The notes under the pieces: model-generated
What the model was told of the DNA's origin: nothing
Database searches by the model: none
Seen by the model: the letters and a program-made list of their open reading frames with translations, nothing else
Translations under genes and position numbers: made by a program
IMG/VR virus record: IMGVR_UViG_3300049009_000679
Location: 1-30,852 of that record
DNA length: 30,852 bases
Origin: a virus
Taxonomy: Duplodnaviria > Caudoviricetes
Strand: one strand, 5' to 3'
Part shown: one piece after another, positions 7,701 to 15,478 of the stretch
Layout of the letters: every line of letters begins with the position of its first letter
Numbering within the stretch: position 1 is the first letter of the stretch

Positions 7701-10700
7701 GGCGATGACCTTGGCCTCGGCCTGGTTCTCCAGGGCCTTCTTGTTCTTGGCCAGCAGCTGGCCCTTCTTGATGCCCTTGACGGCCTGGGCTTCGGGCGTG
7801 GCCATGAAGGCCGCCTTGACCTCCTCGCGCGCACGCCCCAGCGCCGCCTCGCGCCGGTCGCCCCAGTCCTTCAGGGCATCCCGCTGCTCGGGCGTGCTGG
7901 TGCGCAGGCCCTTGATGTAGGCCCGGGCCTGCTCCACCGGCAGGGCCTCGACCTCCGCCTTCACCTCGGCCCGCATCGCGTCGCGCTTTTCCTTGACGTC
8001 GGCCTGGGCTGCGCGCAGGGCCTTGCCCCGTGCGGCCGCGGCCCACTTCATGTCGGCCAGCGACTTCTTCTGCAGGTCCTCGGTGGCGTCGGTGGTGGCG
8101 GCCGCGTTCTGCTCCTGGTAGGCGGCCCACTCCTCGGGCGTCATGCCGGCTTCCTTCGCCGACTTGAACACCGCCTCGAAGTTCGCCAGGCTCTGCGCCT
8201 CGGCGATCTGCTCGTCGGTGGCGATCAGGCGATCGAACACGCCACGCACCTCATCGGAGAGGCGCAGGTTGCGGCCCTGCATGAAGGCCTTCAGCGACTT
8301 GTAGGCCGACAGCATGAACTGCCGGAAGCGCTGGAACACACCGCGCATCTCGACGCTCGGCGCCTTGCCCTCGAACAGGTACTGCTCGAACGACTCGGCC
8401 CAGCGCTCGTGGTAGGCACGCTTGCCTTCCAGGTCCAGGCCGGCCCACACCTGCTCCGGCGTCTGGCCGGTCTTCTTGTCGGCCTTCACACCGAACCATT
8501 TCAGCGTGGCGGCCAGGTCGTCCTTGATCTGCTGCGGCGCGTCGGGCTGGGTGGCCAGGTCGGCCTGCACCTCGAGGAAGAAGTGGCCCATCTCGTGCAG
8601 GAACGAGGACAGGTCGGCGTTCTCCAGCAGCGTGATCTCCAGCTGGCTGGGGCTGAACGTGGCGCGGGGGGCCTGTTCGCCTTGCGCCAGGTCAGCAGCC
8701 GGTGCGCCCTCGTCAGGCACCACGCCCTCGGTCCAGGTCCACGACGGCATCAGCCCGGTCTTCTGCTCGGCGAAGACCGTGTCCTCGACCTTGGCGTTCT
8801 GGTTGGTTTCGCCGTGCGGCCCGTAGTTCAGCCACGAGTTCTGACCGCGGGTCTCGGTTGTGATCGCGCCCAGCGCGCTGCCGGTGAACAGCCGTCTGTG
8901 GGCCTGCCAGGCGTTCTCCTCGCCCTGCGCGCGAAAGCCTGCGCCCTCCAGGCCGTGGCCAAAGGCGTCGTGCACCGCACGGAACAGGTCGTTGGCCAGC
9001 ACGGGGCGCTGCTCACCGTCGGGCGAGCCGTAGGCCCAGGTGATGCCGGTGTCGGCCAGCAGCGGGTTTGCCACCTCGTCGCCTCGCGCACCGGTCGGGG
9101 TCACGAAGTAGGTCGGGTTGAAGGGCCCCCACTGCTCGGCCTTCGGCCCGAACAGCGCGCCCTTCTCATCGCCCGTGCGCTGGGCGATCGCCTCCTGGTC
9201 GGCCAGGCCGCTCAGGAAGTCGCCCTGCCGCTTGGTCAGTGCCCGCTTGACCTTGACCACCAGCGTCGGCTCGGTGTCGGACGAGAAAACGGCGGAGGCC
9301 TCGACCTCGGCACCGACCACGCGCAGCGCCTCGAGCACCACCGCGGGGTCGAGGTTGGGGCCGCCGTTCGGGTCGGCCAAGCCGATGTTGACCTGGCCGC
9401 CGGTGCCGAAGCCGGCCTCGGTCGGGAACACCGCCATCGACTGGTTTGCGCGGAGGTCGCGCATCGCGTTCCAGGGGTTGCCCTGGTACGGGTCGCTGGC
9501 CGGGTCCATGAACCAGAACTTGTAGCCGGCAGCCTGCAGCGCCTGGTACTGCTCGGTGGTCTGCCGCAGCAGGTCGGCGTAGGCCTCCTTGACCGCAGGG
9601 TCCCGCGGCGCGTGCGGCATCGCCTCGTAGGCTGCCGCGATGCGCGCGGCCCGCTCAGGGTCTACTTGGGCGTAGGCGGCCTGGCGTCGGAGGTTGACGC
9701 CGTTGTCTCGGGCGTACTGCTCGGCGACGGCGACGAGGCGGGGGTCTGGCCCGGCCGCACCAGCGACTGCAGGAGCACCTTCGAGCGGCGCAAGGCTTCC
9801 GCTTGAATACCGTCCTGCTCCGTTTCCGGTTCCGGTTTGTTCGGGTCGTCCATCGGTCAGGCCTCCAGCTTGCTGTTCCAGAAGGCCAGCGCCTCCTCGA
9901 ACTCCGTCTGGCTGTCGAACTCCTCCCGCTGGGGCTTGGCCAGTGGGACCCTCTCCGAGACCCGTTCGTCCTGTTCCTGCTGCGCTGTCTGCGGCTCGAA
10001 TTTCATCATCTACCTCCTGGAGGGTTCGGGCGATGTCGGCATCCGACACGCCCTTCTCGCGGGCCAGCTTGGCGGCCGCATTTGCGTAGTCGGGGGCGGC
10101 GTCATCTTCGTAGCCGGTGTCGCCCTCGCCGGCCTCTTTGGCGGCGTCGTAGAGCCGCTTCTCAGGATACCAAAGCAGGGCCTGCAAGTCGCTCATGGTG
10201 AGCGCCGGGTACTTCTGCTGCAACTGCTCGAGCACCTGGCCAAACACCTTGCGGATTCGGTTGCGCTCAGGCGGCCCGCTTGGGGCTTCCTTCTGCCCGT
10301 CGTTGTAGTTGGTCAGCGCGTTGCCGACTTTGCGCAGCTCGTCCCCGAAGGAGACCCGCCTCTGCCCCTTCTTGAGCGGGCCCATGATCGATGCCAGGCG
10401 GGCCTGGCCGGCTTGGTCGGTAGCGTCAGCCACCTCGGCCATGCGCGCACGGTTGATGGGCTTCTGGCTGGACTTCCAGATGGCCAGCGCCACGGCATCA
10501 GCGTCGCCCACCGTCAGCTTGCGCTTGATGATGGCCTCGAAGGCCTTCTTCTGGTCTTTGTCCAGGCCCTGGATCAGTGCGCGCAGTTGCACACGCTTCG
10601 CCCGCACCTGCTCCGGGTTGGTCTCGACCAGAGTGCCGGTCCACCGGCCCCAGGTCCGCATCAGCCAGCGGTCCATTGTCAGCTGCTCGAAGCGGCCATA

Positions 10701-13700
10701 AAGGTTCGAGAAGAACCCGTTGCCGATCTTCGGGCCCAGGATGGCGCTGCCGTAGACCTCGGTGGTCAGATTCTCGCCACCAACCTCCAGGTCGCTGAAG
10801 GCCTCGATCTCCTTGACCGTGGCCTTGGTCGTCATGAACGACTGCAGCTGCTCGAATCCGTGCTTGGCCAGCATCTCGTTGAAGAGCGCCAGCCCGTTGT
10901 TGATGGCCGCCTGCGCCTTGCCGGCCTGGACATCCGTCGGCATTTTGCCGGTGGTCTTGAAAGTGGCGTAGGCCTGCTCGGCCAGCTCGAAGTTCTTATC
11001 GACTTTGAGCCCGTTGCTGGTCACCGCCATCGCCCACACGAAGGCGAACTTGGCCTGCGGGTCGGTCTGGATCTCCGGGTGCACCAGCGCCACCACGCGG
11101 AGGGCCTTGGTGACCTTCTCGTTGTACCAGCCCACAGCGTTGGGGTTGGTGCGCAGCGCGATCTCGGCGTCCATCGTGGCGACACGCACCAGGTACTGCT
11201 CGGCGCCGCCGTTGAAGTCCTCGAGGTTGACCTTGGCTGCCTTGAGCGCCTCGAGCACGCGCTCCTGCAGCGCGAGCTTCAGATCCCGGTTGGTCTTGAA
11301 TTGCTGCCCGTTGGCCAGTTCGAACGCCGACTCCACATTGGCAACAGCGTCGACCGTGACCGGCACCGGCTTGCCGGGCTTCTGCACGCCACGCTGCTCG
11401 AGCACGTCGCTCTTCTTGCGCACCTGCAGCTCGCCGCCCACCACCTGCATGTCGTAGCTCGACCAAGAGGCGTTGCCCTGGCGGCGCTCCAGCAGGGCCT
11501 GCATCGCCTCGGGCGTGCCGCTGGCGCTGGTCTGCCATTGCGGCGCCTGCTGCGGCAGCGGTTCGACCCGCTTGCCGTTCTCGATGCGCGACTGCGCGCC
11601 AAGCAGCTCGGGCTGGAAGGTCTGGGGCCCGAGCATGATGACCTGGCCGGGCTGGCTGCCGTCCATGCGCGTGGCGTAGCCGCGGAAGCCTGCGTCCAGC
11701 AGGCGGGACTCGAAGGCCCGGGCGTCGCCGCCCTTGAGCTTCAGCGGGTCCGCGTCGGAGTCGTAGACGCCGGTGAGCTGCACGCGGTGCGCGCGGCCGC
11801 CCACGCCCGACTCGGGCCTGATGCCGGTGCCCTTGTCGAAGTAGAACGACAGGCGCTGCTTGATGCGCGGGTCGGTCGCGTTCTGGATGTCCTCGCGCGC
11901 ACTGCCCTTGAGCCCGGTGCCGAAGTAGCCGGTCGACAGCGTCGGCCGGTCGGCCATGCTGAAGTGGTAGCCCTCGACATTCATCTCGCCCGGGCGCAGG
12001 CCGCTGTCGTTCAGGACCCCGCCGCCCGGCTGCTCTGCCGTGATGCGCAGCGGGTACTTGGCGAACATCTCCTCGGGCGTGATGCCCAGGCGGCCAGCCA
12101 TCGTGGTGTAGAAGGCGCCGGCCAGGCTGGCGTAGCTCTCGTTGACCTCTGGCCGGAACCGCATCGTCTTGTTGAGCTGGCCCAGCACGTTGGCCTTGAC
12201 GACCTCGGAGCTGGTGCGCATCGCGTCGGCGTTGGTCGCCTCCTCGATCACGCGCGTGGCCTCGGCCTGGAGGTAGCTCTCGGCCTGGCCAGCAGCCTCT
12301 TGGGCTTCCAGCTGCGACAGCGAATCCGGCGCCGTGCGCAGGTTCTGCAGCAGCACCTTCTCCAGGGGCGTGCCGCTGGCGTGCGCCACCAGATCGCCGA
12401 TGGGCAGCTCGACCGTGCCGCCGCTGGCCAGGGCCTCGGGCAGTTGGTCCTGCACCGACTGCGGCATCTGATTGAAGACCTCGGCCGCCTCGGGCGACTT
12501 CAGCGCCTCGGCCAGGGTGGCGGCGTCGATGAACACCGACTTCGGCGCGCCGTCGGTCTGGTCGGCCACGCCCTGCACCAGCTCGGCGAAGGTCGACGGG
12601 TCGCGCTCGCGCAGCTTCGACTCGCCGGCTTTGGCGAAGAGCTCGGTCAGCCGTTGGGCGTCGCCCTCGGCGTCGTTCACCCGGCTGGTGTCGCGCATCG
12701 CACGGCGCGCCGCGGCGCCGGCCCCAGCCATGACAGCCGACTGCGTGATGGTGGCCACCAAGGTCTGGTAGGCCGCCTCGGGGCGCTCGTTCAGGTACTG
12801 CTGCCAGGTCTTGTCGGGGTTGGCGATCGCCGTGTCGATGGCATCCTGCAACAGCGTGGCCACCTGCTCGGTGGGCAGCTCGCGCGCCAGCATGCCGGTG
12901 AAGAACTCGGTCATCCCGGTCTTGCCCAGCTTGTTGACGAGGAAGCCCATCGGCAGCAGCTCGGTGCCCACCTCGACGGCGCCCTCGGCCAGGCCACCCA
13001 CCGCGGCCATGCCTGGTGTGGCGCCGCGTGCCCGGTACTTGCCGTAGGCCTCGGCCTGGGTCTGCACGCCGATGCTGGCCAGAGCCGGCACGGGGTTGCC
13101 GGTGGCCACAGACAGGGCGATGCCGGGCGCCTGGCGCAGCACGCTGGTCAGGCCGCCGTAGACGGCGCCGGCGGTGCTGCTCTCGAACTCGGGCGTGGTG
13201 TAGGCGCTGGCGCCCTGGGCCTGGGCGGTGCGCCGCAGCTGTTCGGCCTTCTCCTGCTCGGTGCGGGGCAGGATGCCCAGCGTGTCGAACAGGTCGCCCA
13301 TCTGCTGGCGCAGGCCCTCGCGCATCGCGCGCAGGCCCTGGGGCAGAGACTGGGCCAGGCCGGTGAGCACCGAGCCGGTGGTGGGCTCTGGGCCCTTCCA
13401 GGCCTTCAGCTCGCCGTACTGACGCACGGCCTGCTCGATCTCGGTGAGCTTCGGCGCGTCGTCATGCGCCAGGCGCGCGAAGTCGGGCTCGAGGTATTTG
13501 TTCTGCAACGCCGGGCTGTTGGCCGTGGCGTCGGTCACCTGCTTCACCGCGGCCTGGGTCTTGGTCTCCTTGGGCAGCGCCTCGACGGCGGCCGTCGGGT
13601 AGCCCAGGTACTTGGCCACGCGGCGCTGCGCGCTGAACGCGTCCGGGTTGATGTCGACCGCAGTCGAAAGCGACCCCGCCAGCATCGCGCGCTGGCGCTG

Positions 13701-13745
13701 CTGTTCACCATCGAGCAGGAGGTCGTAGGGGTTATCGTTTGGCAT
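4791..13745 (-). CDS. Giant internal virion/ejection protein (2984 aa), polyvalent multi-domain
   Basis: Position after the internal virion genes and before the tail fibre; helical Ala-rich termini; embedded motifs GYHFS...FY...E, GPKIG.FF.N...TMDRW...QALLW, AVHDAFGH...EE, FLHEMGH...E. Confidence 0.9.
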   Translation of the reverse strand: MPNDNPYDLLLDGEQQRQRAMLAGSLSTAVDINPDAFSAQRRVAKYLGYPTAAVEALPKETKTQAAVKQVTDATANSPALQNKYLEPDFARLAHDDAPKLTEIEQAVRQYGELKAWKGPEPTTGSVLTGLAQSLPQGLRAMREGLRQQMGDLFDTLGILPRTEQEKAEQLRRTAQAQGASAYTTPEFESSTAGAVYGGLTSVLRQAPGIALSVATGNPVPALASIGVQTQAEAYGKYRARGATPGMAAVGGLAEGAVEVGTELLPMGFLVNKLGKTGMTEFFTGMLARELPTEQVATLLQDAIDTAIANPDKTWQQYLNERPEAAYQTLVATITQSAVMAGAGAAARRAMRDTSRVNDAEGDAQRLTELFAKAGESKLRERDPSTFAELVQGVADQTDGAPKSVFIDAATLAEALKSPEAAEVFNQMPQSVQDQLPEALASGGTVELPIGDLVAHASGTPLEKVLLQNLRTAPDSLSQLEAQEAAGQAESYLQAEATRVIEEATNADAMRTSSEVVKANVLGQLNKTMRFRPEVNESYASLAGAFYTTMAGRLGITPEEMFAKYPLRITAEQPGGGVLNDSGLRPGEMNVEGYHFSMADRPTLSTGYFGTGLKGSAREDIQNATDPRIKQRLSFYFDKGTGIRPESGVGGRAHRVQLTGVYDSDADPLKLKGGDARAFESRLLDAGFRGYATRMDGSQPGQVIMLGPQTFQPELLGAQSRIENGKRVEPLPQQAPQWQTSASGTPEAMQALLERRQGNASWSSYDMQVVGGELQVRKKSDVLEQRGVQKPGKPVPVTVDAVANVESAFELANGQQFKTNRDLKLALQERVLEALKAAKVNLEDFNGGAEQYLVRVATMDAEIALRTNPNAVGWYNEKVTKALRVVALVHPEIQTDPQAKFAFVWAMAVTSNGLKVDKNFELAEQAYATFKTTGKMPTDVQAGKAQAAINNGLALFNEMLAKHGFEQLQSFMTTKATVKEIEAFSDLEVGGENLTTEVYGSAILGPKIGNGFFSNLYGRFEQLTMDRWLMRTWGRWTGTLVETNPEQVRAKRVQLRALIQGLDKDQKKAFEAIIKRKLTVGDADAVALAIWKSSQKPINRARMAEVADATDQAGQARLASIMGPLKKGQRRVSFGDELRKVGNALTNYNDGQKEAPSGPPERNRIRKVFGQVLEQLQQKYPALTMSDLQALLWYPEKRLYDAAKEAGEGDTGYEDDAAPDYANAAAKLAREKGVSDADIARTLQEVDDEIRAADSAAGTGRTGLGEGPTGQAPAGGVRQPDGVRGGAGLLEQQAGGLTDGRPEQTGTGNGAGRYSSGSLAPLEGAPAVAGAAGPDPRLVAVAEQYARDNGVNLRRQAAYAQVDPERAARIAAAYEAMPHAPRDPAVKEAYADLLRQTTEQYQALQAAGYKFWFMDPASDPYQGNPWNAMRDLRANQSMAVFPTEAGFGTGGQVNIGLADPNGGPNLDPAVVLEALRVVGAEVEASAVFSSDTEPTLVVKVKRALTKRQGDFLSGLADQEAIAQRTGDEKGALFGPKAEQWGPFNPTYFVTPTGARGDEVANPLLADTGITWAYGSPDGEQRPVLANDLFRAVHDAFGHGLEGAGFRAQGEENAWQAHRRLFTGSALGAITTETRGQNSWLNYGPHGETNQNAKVEDTVFAEQKTGLMPSWTWTEGVVPDEGAPAADLAQGEQAPRATFSPSQLEITLLENADLSSFLHEMGHFFLEVQADLATQPDAPQQIKDDLAATLKWFGVKADKKTGQTPEQVWAGLDLEGKRAYHERWAESFEQYLFEGKAPSVEMRGVFQRFRQFMLSAYKSLKAFMQGRNLRLSDEVRGVFDRLIATDEQIAEAQSLANFEAVFKSAKEAGMTPEEWAAYQEQNAAATTDATEDLQKKSLADMKWAAAARGKALRAAQADVKEKRDAMRAEVKAEVEALPVEQARAYIKGLRTSTPEQRDALKDWGDRREAALGRAREEVKAAFMATPEAQAVKGIKKGQLLAKNKKALENQAEAKVIAWEQQNPRPTPVLPEPQMDAIAEQFGFTSGDELAKALVEQPPAAQFIDALTEQRLLETYGEVVTADGMARAANEAVHNEARRRFVATELAAMQRAMSATAPTGKTTAKGRPLSVNVIVQAAKSFAETVVNRRKILDLKPAQHAAAATRAAAKALKLQAEGKTADAIAAKRDQLLSEYTARYTAQAAAEVKRSIDYLKKFDKASVREKLPADYLDQIDQMLERFDLRTSTTAREIDRRASLASWVAKQQEMGLDPVVPQDLLDNARLTSYKEMTVEEFRGLVDGVKSVEHLARLKSKLLAAKDKREFDAIVAEAVDSIREHGGKPRPVQLEPDGRIKKFFKGAWADHRKFNSLIRQMDGGLDNGPMYRILVRSMNDAGASEATRLEQATEALAKIYAPIEKLAGGFSGAKVFIPEIRNSLSRAGRLSIALNWGNPQNRQRVMDGDGWTEAQVNAILATLSPVELKFVNDVWAHIDTYWADIKAKQERVTGVAEDKVEAVPFELNGVQMRGGYYPIKYDTERSIKAEKQEALETAKQIMQGMVARPTTRRGHTKARVEEVKGRPVRKDLSVITQHVNQVVHDLAWHEWFIDANRILNDPRIAVAIREYHDNETARTLKETADAIAVGDAVHQGQIDRLLLLMRSNVSRSIMGASLTTALMQPFGLTQSMARVGVVPVLKGAARWAGDSVRMESTVGWINEKSEFMRLRSKTFNRELREISQRVQGKSKIAQVYDTSLFMLMQKLQLVADVPTWVGAYEKALAGGVDESAAVSLADEAVLGSQGGGTTKDLSAVQRNMPFLTQFYSYFNTTLNLVAEKTATTEFKDPKAVAGWMADMALLTVIPAILPALLTFLLKGGGEDDDAEKWAKRVLEWQAGYLFGMFVGLRELPTLWSPFDYAGPPAGKIVGDGKKAVSQAGQGEIDEPAVLATINLLGTAFGIPTIQATRSYKGWKAWSEGDAPATAILFGPPPRD
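9662..9853 (-). CDS. Nested +1-frame ORF 2 inside the giant protein (63 aa, MDDPNKPEPETEQDGIQAEALRRSKVLLQSLV...)
   Basis: GGAGG 8 nt before ATG 9853; starts 3 nt after the stop of nested ORF 1; the main frame uses atypical GGA/CGA/CAA/GTA codons here. Confidence 0.55.
   Translation of the reverse strand: MDDPNKPEPETEQDGIQAEALRRSKVLLQSLVRPGQTPASSPSPSSTPETTASTSDARPPTPK
9857..10009 (-). CDS. Nested +1-frame ORF 1 inside the giant protein (49-50 aa, MMKFEPQTAQQEQDERVSERVPLAKPQREEFDSQTEFEEALAFWNSKLEA)
   Basis: Not in the supplied ORF track (<60 aa). AGGAGGT SD before ATG ATG (10009/10006); codons are almost all G/C-ending, while the main frame over the same bases is A/T-ending and low-complexity. 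Confidence 0.7.
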   Translation of the reverse strand: MMKFEPQTAQQEQDERVSERVPLAKPQREEFDSQTEFEEALAFWNSKLEA

Positions 13746-15477
13746 CAGGGATCAGTTCTGCAGCGCGTGACTGCTTGGTGAGGTACAGCCGGCGAATGGC
13801 CATGTCGTTGACGGCCATGCCGCGGGCCTTCAGCGCTTGCTCGATCTGCGCGCGGTCGACCGGCGGGACGATCACGTCCTTGATCTGGTCCGGGGTCAGC
13901 GCGATGACGGGGGTCTGCTTCTCCGAGGAGAACCAGCCGGCGTCGGTGGTGACCGTGCGCGCGAGCTCGCCGCGCATCAGCTCGACCTTCTCTTCGCGGG
14001 TGAGCGGGCCCTTCTTGTTGCTCTGGGCCCGGTCGATCAGGGTCTCGACACGGTACTGCAGCTCGCCCATGCGCTCCTTCGCCGCCGGTGTCTTGGCGTC
14101 GAACGGCTTCAGGCCCATCTGGCTGGCGACGTGGTCGAAGTCCTGCTTGTCGATGCGGGCCTCGATGAGCTTCTCGGGCGACTTGGTGAAGCTGTCCTTC
14201 TTGGCCAGCAGCCGGTTCGTGTTGTCGGCGCCCAGCGCCGGCAGCATCGCCTCGATCTGGGGGCGGGTCATCGACTGCAGCACGTCCGGGTCGCTGTAAC
14301 GCATGTAGGCACCCATCGTGGCCCGCTCCTGCGCGCGCTCGCTGCGCAGGATGCGCGACTCGGCCCGGCTCTCGGCGGCAGCGGCCCGGCTCTCGCGGGC
14401 GGCCAGGCGGCTCTCTTGCGTCGCGGCCCGGGTCTCGATGTGCTGCAGGATCGCCGCACCGCCGTCCTGGAGGTCAGCGAACTGCGGCATCTTCTGCAGC
14501 TGGGCCAGGGTCGCACCGCCGGCGTAGGCCGCCATGACCTCCTTGGTGGCCTTGGCGTTGCGCTGCTGCGCGTCGGCCAGCTGCACGCTGTGCCGTTGCA
14601 GCACGTCGGCGCGGATGGCCTGCTTGACCTCGGCCGGCTGGTTCAGCTTGTCGATGGCGGCCAGGGCCTCGGCGCTGTTGGTGTAGCTGTACTGGCCCGC
14701 GAGCTCGGCCCCGATCTTCAGCGCCATGTCGGCCTTGCCGGCCATGTCGATGCGCCGGGTGATCTCGGCGTGCACCTTGCCGTCGATCTCGCCGCCGTAG
14801 CGGGTGAAGTAGGCGCGGGCAGCCTCGGGGTCGGACTGCATCAGGCCCTGCAGCACGTTGCTGTGCAGGGTGCTGGTGTCCTTGAGCTGCTCGGCCGCCA
14901 GGGTCTCGGGCGCCCACCCGCGGCGCGCTGCCTGCTCGGCGTTGCGCTGGCGCAGCTCCTGCACCGTGGCCTCGATGGCCGCGGGCTGGGGGTTGGCCGA
15001 GGTGGTGCTGATGGAGGTCAGCTTGGCCGCCGCCCACGACTCGTCCAGCGCCCGGTCGAGCTGCTGGTTCTCGAAGCTGCCCGCGCCGGCCAGGGCCTGC
15101 AGCTTGGCGTTGGCCAAGGACTTGCTGGCCAGCTGGCGCGCCATCGGCGGCAGATCCTTGCCGTAGGTTTCGGCGGCCTTGCCCCACCACTGGTCGACCT
15201 CGTCGGTCAGGCCCTTGGCGTTGGCGCCCTGCCGGGTCTTGCGCGCGTTCTGCTCGAAGGTCAGGTAGTCGGCACGGATCTTCGACTCGACGTCGTAGGC
15301 CTGACGCTGCGCCTCGCGCGTGGCGATCTGGTCAAACGCCTCGCCGGTGTTGGTCAGGGCCTGGCCGAGCTGGCCGACAGTCCGCGCGCCGGCAGTGAAC
15401 TGGCTGGCGTTCTGGTAGACCGGCTGGCTGGCGGCGTCGCGGACCTGGGGCCCGTCAAGCGTCGGAACGCGCGGCAC
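13732..15477 (-). CDS. Internal virion (ejection) protein, 581 aa
   Basis: MPRVP... start typical of this gene slot; helical and Ala/Gln-rich; GGAGGG SD with GTG start. Confidence 0.8.
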   Translation of the reverse strand: MPRVPTLDGPQVRDAASQPVYQNASQFTAGARTVGQLGQALTNTGEAFDQIATREAQRQAYDVESKIRADYLTFEQNARKTRQGANAKGLTDEVDQWWGKAAETYGKDLPPMARQLASKSLANAKLQALAGAGSFENQQLDRALDESWAAAKLTSISTTSANPQPAAIEATVQELRQRNAEQAARRGWAPETLAAEQLKDTSTLHSNVLQGLMQSDPEAARAYFTRYGGEIDGKVHAEITRRIDMAGKADMALKIGAELAGQYSYTNSAEALAAIDKLNQPAEVKQAIRADVLQRHSVQLADAQQRNAKATKEVMAAYAGGATLAQLQKMPQFADLQDGGAAILQHIETRAATQESRLAARESRAAAAESRAESRILRSERAQERATMGAYMRYSDPDVLQSMTRPQIEAMLPALGADNTNRLLAKKDSFTKSPEKLIEARIDKQDFDHVASQMGLKPFDAKTPAAKERMGELQYRVETLIDRAQSNKKGPLTREEKVELMRGELARTVTTDAGWFSSEKQTPVIALTPDQIKDVIVPPVDRAQIEQALKARGMAVNDMAIRRLYLTKQSRAAELIPDAKR

Positions 15478-15478
15478 G

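Noticed and set aside
10996-11980. Alternative-frame minus-strand ORFs inside the giant gene (10996-11538, 11279-11602, 11741-11980)
   Set aside because: The main frame keeps normal GC3 codon usage, there is no convincing SD, and the products are R/S/P/A-rich shadows, unlike the 9662-10009 pair.
5817-13781. Very long + strand ORFs (1329 aa and 1314 aa), and similar ones at 13837-15534, 17692-19092, 20212-21345 and 24876-26654
   Set aside because: These are antisense shadows of GC3-biased genes. They mirror the real CDS codon for codon, have L/V/G/H/R-rich non-protein-like composition and show no motifs.
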